From contig NC_067404.1 in the NCBI RefSeq assembly GCF_016432865.1, positions 84,630,001 to 84,694,000 on the forward strand: a stretch of 64,000 bases of DNA, written 5' to 3'. How positions within the stretch are numbered: position 1 is the stretch's first letter; every line of letters starts with the position of its first letter. The stretch comes from Antechinus flavipes (lineage: Eukaryota). Of the stretch, positions 51,540 through 64,000 are shown piece after piece. The position numbers and the translations under genes are program-made. The notes under the pieces were generated by a model. The model ran no database searches. It saw only the letters and a list, made by a program, of their open reading frames with translations, and had not been told where the DNA came from.

Positions 51540-52070
51540 AGGACTTAAGAACAGCACCTAAGGCTGCAAGCCTGGGTGACTAGTAGGATGGGGGTATTTT
51601 TCATAGTAATAGGAAAGTGAGGAAGAGGGGAGGTTCTAGGGAGAAAGAAAAGCTCAGCTTGGAACATGTTGAATTTGGGATGACTACAGGACACCCAGTT
51701 CAAGATGTCCAATAGGCCTTCGAGCTATGCAACTGGAGCTGGGCAACAAGATCCACAGAGGCGATTATTGAATCCGGGGGATATTTCAGAATTGAAATGG
51801 TATGAAGATAGATGAGAGGAAGGTGCACAAGAGATTCTTTGGGTTGACAGGTTAATGGTGCTGACGTGGATGAAGATCTAGCAAAGGGACCATGAATAAT
51901 TTGAGGGGAAAAAACCAAGAGGGGGTAATAGTGCTCAAGAAGGATGAGACTTGAGAAAAGGCCACTGGATTTGGTGATTAAGCAATCACTGGTCACTTTG
52001 GTAGAATGATCAGTCAGAAGCCAGGCTGCAGAGAGATGGAGAGTGAAAGCTATTTGCTGATTCTTAATCA
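51540..52070 (-). mobile_element. L2 fragment
   Basis: caagcctgggtgactagtaggatgg...gacacccagttcaagatgtccaataggc...gaaaaggccactggatttggtgattaag, an antisense L2 pattern. Confidence 0.65.
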
Positions 52071-53508
52071 TAATTTTATAACAAGTCTATCCATGACTGC
52101 CTCTCTCCCTCCTCACTCAGCTGAGAATCTCCCAGCATACTTTAGTTTTTCACTAAAAAAAAAACTTCAAATCATTCACTGAGAGCTTTCTCTTCTCTAC
52201 TTTCCTCCTCCTTTTTCTCCTCCTCATTTCCCAGCACTCAGGTGCCTTCTGCCATATTCCTTTCCTTAACCCTAATCCCCACCTTCTCTCTTCTCTTTTT
52301 CAATCTCTCCCTGACTTCTGGATGCTTCGCTCCTGCATCTGACCATGTTCACGTCTCCCTATCCATCTCCACTAATCATCACCCTATAGTTCTCCTCTCT
52401 TTCATGACTAAATTCATCTTCTTGGCTAATATTTAGATGTTAAACATTTTGAATTTAGATATTAAAACATTTGTAGCATACAAGTTTAATGCTGATAATG
52501 GTTTGCTACCCATGGTTCCTTTAATATGGTTTCCTCTTTGTGGTAGAAATGTTTGTCTAATAGTACAACTGTAACTCCTGCTTTTTTTGGATTCACCTGA
52601 TACATAGTTAATTTTGTTCCAGATTCTCATTTTTATTCTGTGTATATCTGGCCTTTTAGGTATGCTTCTTGTAAGCAATAGATTGTGTAGTTTTGTTTTC
52701 TTATCTAATTTATTACTCCTTTTCATTTTATTTAGTCAATTCACGTTTAAGTTATAAGAATTAGATTTTTCTTTCCCTCTGTATTGTTTTCAAAATTAGG
52801 ATTTTTTTTCTTCTTTCTCCTTAAAGATAGACCTTTTATCTCTTCCATTATTTTTAGCTTAATCTGCTTCATTTTTCCCCTCCATGAAGTTTTTCTTGTT
52901 AATATATTTTATTTATTTCAATGTAAAAACATTTTAACATTCTTTTTTTAATTTTTGAATTCCAAATTCTTTCCCTTCTATTTCTTCCCATTCCTTGAGA
53001 AGAAAAGCAGTATGATATCTTTTATATTTGTGAAGTCATAAAAATATATTTCCATATTAGCCATTTTGCAAAAGAAAACACATCAAAAAAACACAAGAAA
53101 AATAAACTTTTGAAAGTATGCTCCAACATGTACTCAGAATTCATAAGTTCACAATCTGGAAGTGAACTGCATTTTTCATCATGGGTCCTTTGGAATTGTC
53201 TTAGCGCACTGTATTGCTGAGAATAGCTAAGTCAATCATAGTTGATCACTGTACGATATTGCTTTTATTATATACAGCATTCTCCTAATTCTGCTGACTT
53301 CATTTTGCATCAGTTCATGTAAGTCTTTTCAGATTTTTCTGAAACTATCCCACTCATCATTTCTTACAGCACAACAATATTCCATCACAATCATATATCA
53401 CAATTTGTTCAGCTATTCCTCGATTATTGGACATCTTCTCAATTTCCAATTTTTTGCTACCACACAAAAAAAAGTTGTTGTGAAGATTTTTGTACAAACC
53501 GGGCCTTT

Positions 53509-56150
53509 TTATAGACCAATCTCCCTAATGAATATTGATGCCAAAATCTTAAATAAGATATTAGCAAAAAGACTACAGAAAATCATTCCCAGGATAATAT
53601 GCCATGATCAAGTAGGATTTATACCAGGAATGCAGGGCTGGTTCAATAATAGGAAAACTATCAGTATAATTGGCCATATTAATAACCAAAGTAACAAAAA
53701 CCATATGATCATCTCAATAGATGAAGAAAAGGCATTTGATAAAATACAACATCCATTCCTATTAAAAACTTTTGAAAGTATAGGAATAAATGGACTTTTC
53801 CTTAAAATAATCAGTAGCATCTATTTAAAACCAGCAGTAAGCATCATATGTAATGGTTGCAGTAACAAACTGCACCCATTCCCAATAAGATCAGGAGTGA
53901 AATAAGGTTGCCCACTATCACCGTTACTATTTAATATTGTATTAGAAATGCTAGCTTTGGCAATAAGAGTTGAGAAAGAGATTAAAGGAATAAGAATAGG
54001 CAATGAGGAAACCAAATTATCACTCTTTGACGATGATATGATGGTATACTTAGAGAACCTCAGAGACTCTACTAAAAAGTTATTAGAAACAATCCACACT
54101 GTTAGCAAAGTTGCAGGATACAAAATAAACCCACATAAGTCATCAGCATTCTTATATATCACTAACAAAACCCAACAGTTAGAGTTACAAAGAGACATTC
54201 CATTTAAAGTAACTACTGATTGTATAAAATATTTAGGAATCTATCTGCCAAGGGAAAGTCAGAAACTTTATGAGCAAAACTACAAAACACTTTTCACCCA
54301 AATTAAGTCTGATCTAACCAACTGGAAAAATATTAAATGCTCTTGGATTGGGCGAGCAAATATAATGAAGATGACAATACTACCTAAACTAATCTATTTA
54401 TTTAGTGCTATCCCAATCAGACTCCCAAAAAACTATTTCGATGAACTAGAAAAAATAACAACAAAGTTCATATGGAAAAACAAAAGGTCAAGAATTTCAA
54501 GGGAATTAATGAAAAAAAAAATCAAATGAAGGTGGCCTAGCTTTACCAAATCTAAAATTATATTATAAAGCAGCAGTTACTAAAACCATCTGGTATTGGC
54601 TAAGAAATAGACTAGTTGATCAATGGAATAGGTTAGGTTCAAAGGACAAAACAGCCAATAACTTTAATAATCTAGTGTTTGACAAACCCAAAGACCCCAG
54701 TTTTGGGGATAAGAACGCGTTATTTGACAAAAATTGCTGGGAAAATTGGAAATTAGTATGACAGAAACTAGGCATTGACCCACACTTAACACTGTACACC
54801 AAGATAAGGTCAAAATGGGTTCATGACCTAGGCATAAAGAATGAGTTTATAAATAAATTGGAAGAGCACAGGATAGTTTACCTCTCAGACCTGTGGAAGA
54901 GGAAGGAATTTATGACCAAAGAAGAACTAGAGATCACTATTGACCACAAAATAGAAAATTTTGATTATATCAAATTGAAAAGTTTTTGTACAAACAAACC
55001 TAATGCAGACAAGATTAGAAGGGAAACAATAAACTGGGAAAATATTTTTAGTCAAAGGTTCTGATAAAGGCCTCATTTCCAAAATATATAGAGAATTGAC
55101 TCTAATGTATAAGAAATCAAGCCATTCTCCAATTGATAAATGGTCAAAGGATATGAACAGACAATTCTCAGATGAAGAAATTAAAACTATTTATAGCCAT
55201 ATGAAAATATGCTCCAAATCATTATTAATCAGAGAAATGCAAATTAAGACAACTCTGAGATACCACTACACACCTGTCAGATTGGCTAGAATGACAGGCA
55301 AAGATAATGCGGAATGTTGAAGGGGATGTGGGAAAACAGGGACACTGATGCATTGTTGGTGGAATTGTGAACACATCCAGCCATTCTGGAGAGCAGTTTG
55401 GAACTAGGCTCAAAAAGTTATCAAACTGTGCATACCCTTTGATCCAGCAGTGTTTCTACTGGGCTTACACCCCAAAGAGATACTAAAGAAGGGAAAGGGA
55501 CCTGTATGTGCCAAAATGTTTGTGGCAGCCCTGTTTGTAGTGGCCAGAAACTGGAAAATGAATGGATGTCCATTAATTGGAGAATGGTTGAGTAAATTGT
55601 GGTATATGAATGTTATGGAATATTGTTCTATAAGAAATGACCAGCAGGATGAATACAGAGAAGACTGGTGAGATTTACATGAACTGATGCTAAGTGAAAT
55701 GAGCAGAACCAGGAGATCATTATATACCTCAACAACGATACTATATGAGGATGTATTCTGATGGAAGTGGATTTCTTCAACAAAGAGATCTAACTTAGTT
55801 TCAATTGATCAAAGATGGACAGAAACAGCTACACCCAAAGAAAGAACACTGGGAAATGAATATAAACTGCTTGCATTTTTGTTTTTCTTCCCGGGTTATT
55901 TTTACCTTCTGAATCCAATTCTCCCTATGCAACAAGAGAACTGTTCGGTTCTGCACACATAGATTGTATCTAGGATATACTGTAACCTATTTAACATGTA
56001 TAGGACTGCTTGCCATCTGGGGGAGGGGGTGAAGGGAGGGAAGGGAAAAATCGGAACAGAAGAGAGTGTAAGGGACAATGTTGTAAAAAATTATCCTGGC
56101 ATGGGTTCTGTCAATAAAAAATTATTTAAAAAAAAAAGAAAGAAAGAAAG
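53509..56150 (+). mobile_element. About 2.6 kb 5'-truncated L1 (RT and C-terminal ORF2, 3' UTR, A tail), disrupted, inserted into an older antisense L1
   Basis: ORFs 53405..53905, 53948..54529 and 55096..55320 are L1 ORF2 pieces ([31 protein letters not shown]) broken by stops. The flanking antisense L1 resumes at about 56155. Confidence 0.9.
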
Positions 56151-58377
56151 ATATATGGGCCTTTTCCATTTTCCCTAATCTCTTTGGGATAGAGACCTAG
56201 TAGTAATATTGTTAGGTCAAAGGATATTCATACATTTATAGTGTTTGGGGATCTATTTTCAAGTTTTTTCCAGAATGGTTGGACCACTTCACAAGTCCAC
56301 CAACAATGCATTAGCTACCAATTTTTCTACAACCTCATCAGCATGTATTTGCCTTTTCTGTCAACAATTAGGATAATTGTAGTATCCTAGAGTTGTTTTC
56401 ATTTGCATTTTAATAGTAATTTAGAATTTTTTCAGGTAATGATTAATAGCTATGATTTCTTCTGAAAACTGCCTGTTTATATCCCTTACCATTTATCAAC
56501 TGGTAAGTAGCTGAAATTTTTAGACATTTTCTCAGTTCCTTATATATTTGAGAAATGAGGCCTTTATCAGAAAAACTTGCTATAAAAGAATTTTCCCGGT
56601 TTCCTGTTTTCCTTCTAATTTTGGCTGCATTTGTTTCGTTTGTGGCTTAATCTGTTTTAACACAATCGTATTCTGATTGGATCTCTTCCTTTCATACTCA
56701 AGTCTCATCCTTTTCTTTGTTACTCTTTTACAGTACTAGAGTTTTGCCTAACTTCTTAGTTTCTTTTTCTTTCTTCCTTTTAATTAATTATCTAATTCTT
56801 TTACATAGTTATCTAATTCTTTCTTTTTTCCCCCCTTTCAGTTAGGTAAAATCTTCCATCCTCTCCTCTCCTCTCCCCCAGTTTTAATTTCTCCCTCTCA
56901 GTCTTTCTATTTTGATAGGGTCATTTTTTTTATTCCATGTGCTTTAAACAAGAATCTGAATGTTGAATATGGCAATAGCAGTTAAAAAATGTTTTTAAGC
57001 CTTCATGACTTGGACAATTGTGAGCCATGGTTCTCTGGGTATAATGATACCTTGATTCTAATACAGTTTAGGTATTGAATTTTTAAGGATATTTTTGGAT
57101 TATTTGTAGTCCACAGATTTTTCTCTGAGGTTTGAAAGGATAGCAAGCTTCTAGTCAATCATTCTAAACATTAAACAGTATATTTCTAGGTATCCAATAG
57201 GTACTCAATTTTTGTAATCTACAGTGGTATATTGCCCAATTTGGGGTACTTTGTTGCATAATCTCCATCTATCTATAAGTCTGGGTTATTTAGGACTAAT
57301 GATGTTGATGACCTACTCCTCAATCAGTATCATAATGTCCCAAAGACTTCATGCCTCAGCCATTTGTTTCACTTTTCTGTCTCAACTCATTGTTGTTTGC
57401 TTTTTATGTCAGGATCACCCATGGAGCACCTTTTGCTGTCATCCTAACTTGGATCTTTGTGTTTTCATAGGTTCTATCCAGAATTAAACTCCTGTCATTT
57501 ATATTCATCAAATCCAGTGGCGTATACCTGGTGTTAGACTTCCCTGTTGCTTTGGGAGGTGAGCTCTGTTTGTTTCAGAAGTATCTCTGTAAAGGGTTAA
57601 CCTGTTTCTTGTGTGATCTGAGAAATCTATCCATCTGTTTCCTTTTTTACAGGGAAGTGTTAATCTCTCTAGAGCTGCCTCATGGTAATGAGTCCTGGGT
57701 TTTGTTAACATTAAGAAATTATCATTGCTATCGTTTTTGTTCTCTTTTTTTTTTCAAAAGAAGTTTCAGATAGAAACAATTCTGGGACAAGTCATTCACC
57801 TGCTATTACTCTTTTACATTGAATGTTTTCTAGATTATAGTACAGGTGGATAGAGTAATGGCTTTTTCTAGGTGAATCAAAGAGTTGAGGTGTAAGCTTG
57901 TGCTCTCTTGGCTTAGTATAGTGCCTGTAACTGACAGAACCATCCCCCTCCTCCTTTTCCTAGACCATTCTGCTCTCCTCTGCTATGGACCTGTGTATTT
58001 CAAAAACTTTTCATTCATGTAATGTAAAGTTTATTGGTACTGAGGAGGGTTTGTGATTTCCCAGACATATTATTGATCTATAAAAATTAGAGAGCAAGGT
58101 TTGTAATTAGATCAATAATATGTCTGGGAAATTATGAGTAACAATTTAATCTGTGACAATAGTCCACTTCCAGTACTGGATTCATTATCAGTTTATGAAA
58201 AGCAGTGAGGTTCTGATGGATAATCCTAGCAACCAAATCTTTTTTGCTCATATTCTCTATCTATTCAGTAGGTGTTAAATGCTTATGGCCATCAGCATAA
58301 TAATTTGCCAAGTTACCATGTCCTTGTGGAATCAGCATCAGCGACTGAATCGGGTTCCTTTAAGATAATCTTTGTAT

Positions 58378-58777
58378 GGACCACAGCATAGCATTTCCAC
58401 TCCTGTTATTGTCCGCTTGCATTTTTGTTTTCCTTCTCAGGTTACTTTTACCTTCTTCCTAAACCTATTTTTCTTATGCAGCAAGATAACTATAACTGTG
58501 TATACATATATTGTATTTAACATATACTTTAACATATTTAACATGTATTAGACTACCTGCCATCTAGGGGAGGGGGTGGGTAGAAAGAAGGGAAAAGTTG
58601 GAACAGAAGATTTTGCAAGGTCAGTGTTGTAAAAATTACCCATGCATATGTCTTGTAAATAAAAAGCTATAATTTAAAAAAAAGAAAGAAAGAAAATTAC
58701 CAAGCACTCTGCAAATGCCAAAAAAAACAAAAAAAAAGGATGTTAACAAAAATAAAAATTAATTTTAAATGAAAAAA
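58378..58777 (+). mobile_element. L1 3' UTR insertion with 16-bp TSD and extended composite tail
   Basis: TSD AAGATAATCTTTGTAT at 58362-58377 and 58778-58793. Confidence 0.85.
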
Positions 58778-59499
58778 AAGATAATCTTTGTATTTCTAGT
58801 GTTGATAACCCAGTCCTGAACTGTTATTATAAATTCTTACATTTCCACAATCTGCATGATTCAGGCAATTGTTGAGCTTTCCTTATTGACATACCACCCA
58901 AATGTCACATATGAAATGCCCTTTCAAGTCAGGAAGCATTTACGAAGTATCTATTCCATGGAAGGCACTCCGCTAAGCCCTGAGGGATGCAAATAACATT
59001 GAGGGTGACTCCATCACCAGCATTCTCTTGGCTCAGGTTCAATGGTTTATGAGACCCAATGAGCCCTGGCTTCTCAGGATATGGTGAAAGACATGAAGAC
59101 TCATATGGTCAAGTTAGAAGGACCTTAATAACACAGAGCCATAGATGACCAGAAAACTTTGTGAAAGAAACAGGAGCCCATGAAGTCCTGACACTGCTTT
59201 GTCTCCTTTTAGGGAAAAGGCATCACAGCATGGGGGAGGGGGCAGAAAAGAGTTGGCTTAACCCACATTCTGGGGTAACACTGGTAGATATTAGTCCCAT
59301 CACATAAGCAAAAGGACAAGAGGCTCTGCCCTCAACAATCTTACATTCTGTACCAGTAACTACTTTGTACTCTCTACATATTAGGTGCCCTCATAACCCT
59401 ATGCACATTTTCCCCCTCCCTCGGGATTTTCCAGTACCCTTAAGAGTTTGGTTTCTTCCATTGGCTCAAGCCAATGTTCCCCTCAATTTTTAGGTGTTC

Positions 59500-60478
59500 G
59501 ACAATTTTCAGATGATGAAATTGAAACTATTACCACTCATATGAAAGAGTGTTCCACTATTGATCAGAGAAATGCAAATTAAGACAACTCTGAGATACCA
59601 CTATACACCTGTCAGATTGGCTAAGATGACAGGAAAAAATAATGATAAATGTTGGAGGGAATGCGGGGAAAACTGGGACACTGATGCATTGTTGGTGGAG
59701 TTGTGAATGAATGCAACCATTCTGGAGAGCAATCTGGAATTATGCCTAAAAAGTTATCAAACTGTACATCCCCTTTGATCCAGCAGTGCTACTACTGGGC
59801 TTATACCCCAAAGAGATACTAAAGAAGGGCCTGTATATGCCAAAATATTTGTGGTAGCCCTCTTTGTAGTGGCCAGAAACTGGAAAATGAATGGATGCCC
59901 ATCAATTGGAGAATGGTTGAGTAAATTGTGGTATATGAATGTTATGAAATATTATTGTTCTGTAAGAAATGACCAGCAGAATGAATACAGAGAGGACTGG
60001 CGAGACTTACATGAACTGATGCTGAGTGAAATGAGCAGAACCAGGAGATCATTATATACCTCAACAACGATACTGTTTGAGGATGTACTCTGATGGAAGT
60101 GGATCTCTTTGATAAAGAGAGCTAATTCAGTTTCAATTGATCAAGGATGGACAGAAGCAGCTATACCCAAAGAAAGAACACTGGGAAATGAATATAAACT
60201 GTTTGCATTTTTGTTTTTCTTCTCGGGTTATTTATACCTTCTGAATCCAATTCTCCCAGTGCAACAAGAAAACTGTTCAGTTCTGCACACATATATTGTA
60301 TCTAGGATATACTGTAACCTATTCAACATGTAAAGGACTGCTTGCCATCTGGGGGAGGGGGTGGAGGGAGGGAGGGGGAAAATCAGAACAGAAGTGAGTG
60401 CAAGGGATAATGCTGTAAAAAATTACCCAGGCATGGGTTCTATCAATAAAAAGTTATTTAAAAAAAAAAAAGAAAGAA
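59500..60478 (+). mobile_element. 5'-truncated L1, copy 1 of tandem unit
   Basis: Begins gacaattttcagatgatgaaattg and ends in an A/GAAA tail. Confidence 0.9.
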
Positions 60479-60736
60479 AGAAAAGAGTTGGCTTAACCCA
60501 CATTCTAGGGAAACACTGGTAGATATTAGTCCCATTACATAAGCAAAAGGACAACAGAGGCTCTGCCCTCAACAATCTTACATTCTGTACCAGTAACTAC
60601 TTTGTACTCCCTACATATTAGGTGCCCTCATAACCCTAGGCACATTTTCCCCCTCCCTCGGGATTTTCCAGTACCCTTAAGGGTTTGGTTTCTTCCATTG
60701 GCTCAAGCCAATGTTCCCCTCAAATTTTAGGTATTC

Positions 60737-61718
60737 GACAATTTTCAGATGATGAAATTGAAACTATTACCACTCATATGAAATCACTATTGATCAAAGA
60801 AATGCAAATGAAGACAACTCTGAGCTACCACTACACACCTGTCAGATTGGCTAAGATGACAGGAAAAAATAATGATGAATGTTGGAGGGGATGCGGGAAA
60901 ACTGGGACACTGATGCATTGTTGGTGGAGTTGTGAACGAATCCAACCATTCTGGAGAGCAATCTGGAATTATGCCTAAAAACTGTGCATACCCTTTGATC
61001 CAGCAGTGCTACTACTGGGCTTATACCCCAAAGAGATACTAAAGAAGGGAACGGGACCTGTATGTGCCAAAATGTTTATGGCAGCCCTGTTTGTAGTGGC
61101 TAGAAACTGGAAAATGAATGGATGCCCATCAATTAGAGAATGGCTGGGTAAATTGTGGTATGTGGATGTTATGGAATATTATTGTTCTGTAAGAAATGAC
61201 CAGCAGAATGAATACAGATTGGCCTGGAGAGACTTACAGGAACTGATGCTAAGTGAAATGAGCAGAACCAGGAGATCATTATATACTTCAGCCATTGTAT
61301 GATACTGTATGAAGTTGTATTCTGATGGAAGTGGATTTCTTTGACAAAGAGACCTAACTCAATTTCAATTGATCAATGATGGACAGAAGCAGCTACACCC
61401 AAAGAAAGAACACTGGGAAATGAATGTAAACTGTTTGCATTTCTGTTTTTCTTCCTGGGTTATTTCTATCTTCTGAATCCAATTCTCCCTGTGCAACAAG
61501 AGAACTGTTCGGTTCTGTACACATATATTGTATCTAGGATATGCTGTGACATATTTAACATATATAGAACTGCTTGCCATCTAGGGGAGGGGGTGGAGGG
61601 AGAGAGGGGAAAAATCAAAACAGAAGTGAGTGCAAGGGATAATGTTGTAAAAAAAATTACCCTGGCATGGGTTCTGTCAATAAAAAGTTATAATAATAAA
61701 AAAATTAATTTAAAAAAA
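60737..61718 (+). mobile_element. 5'-truncated L1, copy 2 of tandem unit
   Basis: Same 5' truncation point as copy 1; followed by TTTAGGTGTTC (61719-61729), matching the sequence just 5' of the L1s. Confidence 0.9.
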
Positions 61719-61989
61719 TTTAGGTGTTCAATCACCTTAGGTACATTTTAACTACTTAACAGTCAGATGATCTTTTACAGAGGAATATTTATTTCAGAGT
61801 ACAGCACCAAGAAACACACAAACATTCCCCTTCCCCAACACCTGTGAAAGGTGGAGTCAGGAAAACCTGACTTCAAATTTGATCTTAGACACTTTCCTGG
61901 CTATGTGACCCTGAGCATTTAATCTCTGCTTCAATTTTCTAAACTGTAAAATGGAGATAAGAATAGCACCTACTACATCAATAACAACC

Positions 61990-63090
61990 AACAGAAATCA
62001 TGCTATAATCTCAATAGATGCAGAAAAAAAGTTTTTGATAAAATGTAGCACCCATTCCAATTAAAAACATTAGAGAGCATAGGGATAAAGGAAGCTTTCC
62101 TTAAAATAATAAGCAGAATCAATCTAAAACCAACAGCAAGCATTATCTGTAATGGAGAAAAGCTGGATGCATTACCAGTAAGATCAGGGGTGAAACAAGG
62201 ATGCCCAATATCATCACTATTATTCAGTATTATACTAGAAATGCTGGCTTTAGCAATAAGAAAAGAAAAAGAAATGAGAGGCATTAGAATAGGCAATGAG
62301 GAAATACAATGATCACTCTCTGCAGATGATGTGATGATATACTTAAAGAATCCTAGAAAATCATCCAGAAACCTACTGGAAACAATTCACAGCTGTAGCA
62401 AAGTTGCAGGATACAAAGTAAACCCATACAAATCATCAGCATTTCTATATATTACTGACAAAGCCCATCAGCAAGAGATAGAAAGAAATGCCATTTAAAA
62501 TTACCGTAGACAAAATAAAATACTCGGGGGTCTACCTGCCAAGACAAACCCAAGAACTATATGAACACAATTAAAAAACATTTCTCACAGAAATAAAATC
62601 AGATCTAACCAATTGGAAAAATAGCTATTGTTCATGGCTAGATTGAGCTAATATAATAAAAATGACAATTCTGCCTAAATTGGTCTACTTGTTCAATGCC
62701 ATACCAAACTGCCAGAACATGATTTTATAGAACTAGAAAAAATAATGACAAAATTCATCTAGAAGCACAAAAGGTCATCAAGGGAATTAATGGGAAAAAA
62801 ATACCAAGAATAATGGCTTAGCAGTACCAGATCTAAAACTGTATTTATAAAGCAGCAGTCATCAAAACCATTTGGTACTGGCTAAGAAATAGAGTGATGG
62901 ATCAGTGGAATAGATTAGCTACACAAGGCACAATAGTCAAGGCCTATAGCAATCTAATATTTGATAAACCCCCAAACTCCAGCTTCTGGAATAAGACAAA
63001 AATTGTTGGGAAAACTGGAAAATAATGTCAGAAACTTGGCACAGACCTACATCTCAGACCCCATACCAAAATAAGGTTAAAATGGGATTT
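61990..63090 (+). mobile_element. L1 ORF2 internal fragment (degenerate RT region)
   Basis: atctcaatagatgcagaaaaaaagtttttgataaaat...agatcaggggtgaaacaaggatgccc...gcagatgatgtgatgatatac. Confidence 0.85.
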
Positions 63091-64000
63091 TTTTAAAAAG
63101 TGTTTCTAGAATTCCAAGTGAAAGTTAAGCTTGTCGGCCTCTTACTTGTTAGTGACAGTATCCCCTTTTTTTTGAAAGTTGGGACCTCTGCCCTTCTGTC
63201 TATCTATTCTACCTGCTCTTTCAAAGATCAGTGCCAGAGACTGAGGAATCACATTGGCTCAGGACAGATGGCCCCCGAGATGTAAGGCGTCTGTGCCAAA
63301 CAACTTGATTTTATCCAAGGCATCTTGACACCTTGAGTGTCCACTCCAGATTAGCTCATTTAACCCATGAAAAAGGAAGGAATAAGCAAATCAATTGAGG
63401 AAACAAAGCCTTAATGAAGGGAGAACAGAGAGAAGAAGAAGAGAAGGGCTAAATGCCACTAGGATCTATCAGAACATGGGGAGAGAATGGCAGGGCCCTG
63501 CACATTGCAGGACAGACTGTGAGGGGCAAGTGGACCTAATTCAGGCAAAGGGATCAGACATGGGAGTGAATCAGAGGCCCAGGCCCTGGGCTTGCCCTTG
63601 GGAGCCATTTTCAAGTTTTCACTAATGAGCTCTCCCGGCACCTCCTTACAGAGAAGCCACCTCTTCCCCTCGGCCTCATTACCCAACAATCCAAGGGGAG
63701 AGTGTTCAAAGTTACCTGGGGACTTGTTAGACAGATCCCATTAGTTAAGGATCATTAGGATGATGAGCCAAGAGCCCTATTCCCAGGGCAGAGCCTCCCC
63801 ATCCACTCCTGGGCCCTATCCCTATGCACCAGACCTCAGAATTAATAGTGAAACAAAACTTTTCCAGTCTTTGGGGAGACTGTTCCCTGTTGCCTGAATC
63901 AATCATCTTTCAGTCAAGGAAGCTGATGGGTCAGCTTCAGTCTCCATCTCAGCCCCTAGCTTATGTAATGACCCCAGCAAAGTCCCTTCTGTACCATCTT

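Noticed and set aside
53405-55671. Long ORFs (166 and 193 aa) suggesting an active gene
   Set aside because: Fragments of a 5'-truncated L1 ORF2 interrupted by stops.
59244-61729. Assembly artefact explanation for the tandem duplication
   Set aside because: The copies differ by many substitutions and independent indels, more than expected for a duplicated contig; haplotype collapse is not fully excluded.

Overview
Mammalian genomic DNA, most likely an Australian marsupial. This is an inference from WSINE1-type SINEs, marsupial-type L1 3' ends and RTE fragments. The assembly has two N gaps (325-530, 3495-3622). Three protein-coding loci are supported. (1) GLOD5 on the minus strand, with three internal/terminal coding exons at 19194-19331, 13982-14137 and 11423-11566; its first exon is unresolved. 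(2) A compact three-exon paired-like (Q50) homeobox gene on the minus strand (29308-29311, 28576-28832, 27971-28351; 213 aa). It is clearly PROP1-related but strongly diverged: about 41/60 homeodomain identity to human PROP1 as I recall that sequence. The ORF track shows it only in pieces because the homeobox is split by the canonical PRD-class intron. (3) An intact, GC-rich family-1-type olfactory receptor (37776-38726, +) preceded by a 25-bp minisatellite. An orphan CpG-island promoter lies at about 5.13-5.48 kb. The rest is mostly L1, L2, CR1/L3, RTE, MIR and WSINE1 remnants, several with clear target-site duplications. The best candidate for something undescribed is the divergent PROP1-like homeobox gene next to GLOD5. 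In human, PROP1 is at 5q35 and GLOD5 at Xp11.23, so this is either a fast-evolving, possibly X-linked paralogue or an unusually accelerated orthologue. Secondary highlights are a probable L1-mediated chimeric tandem duplication (59244-61729) and a perfect 25-bp-stem hairpin (58056-58132).
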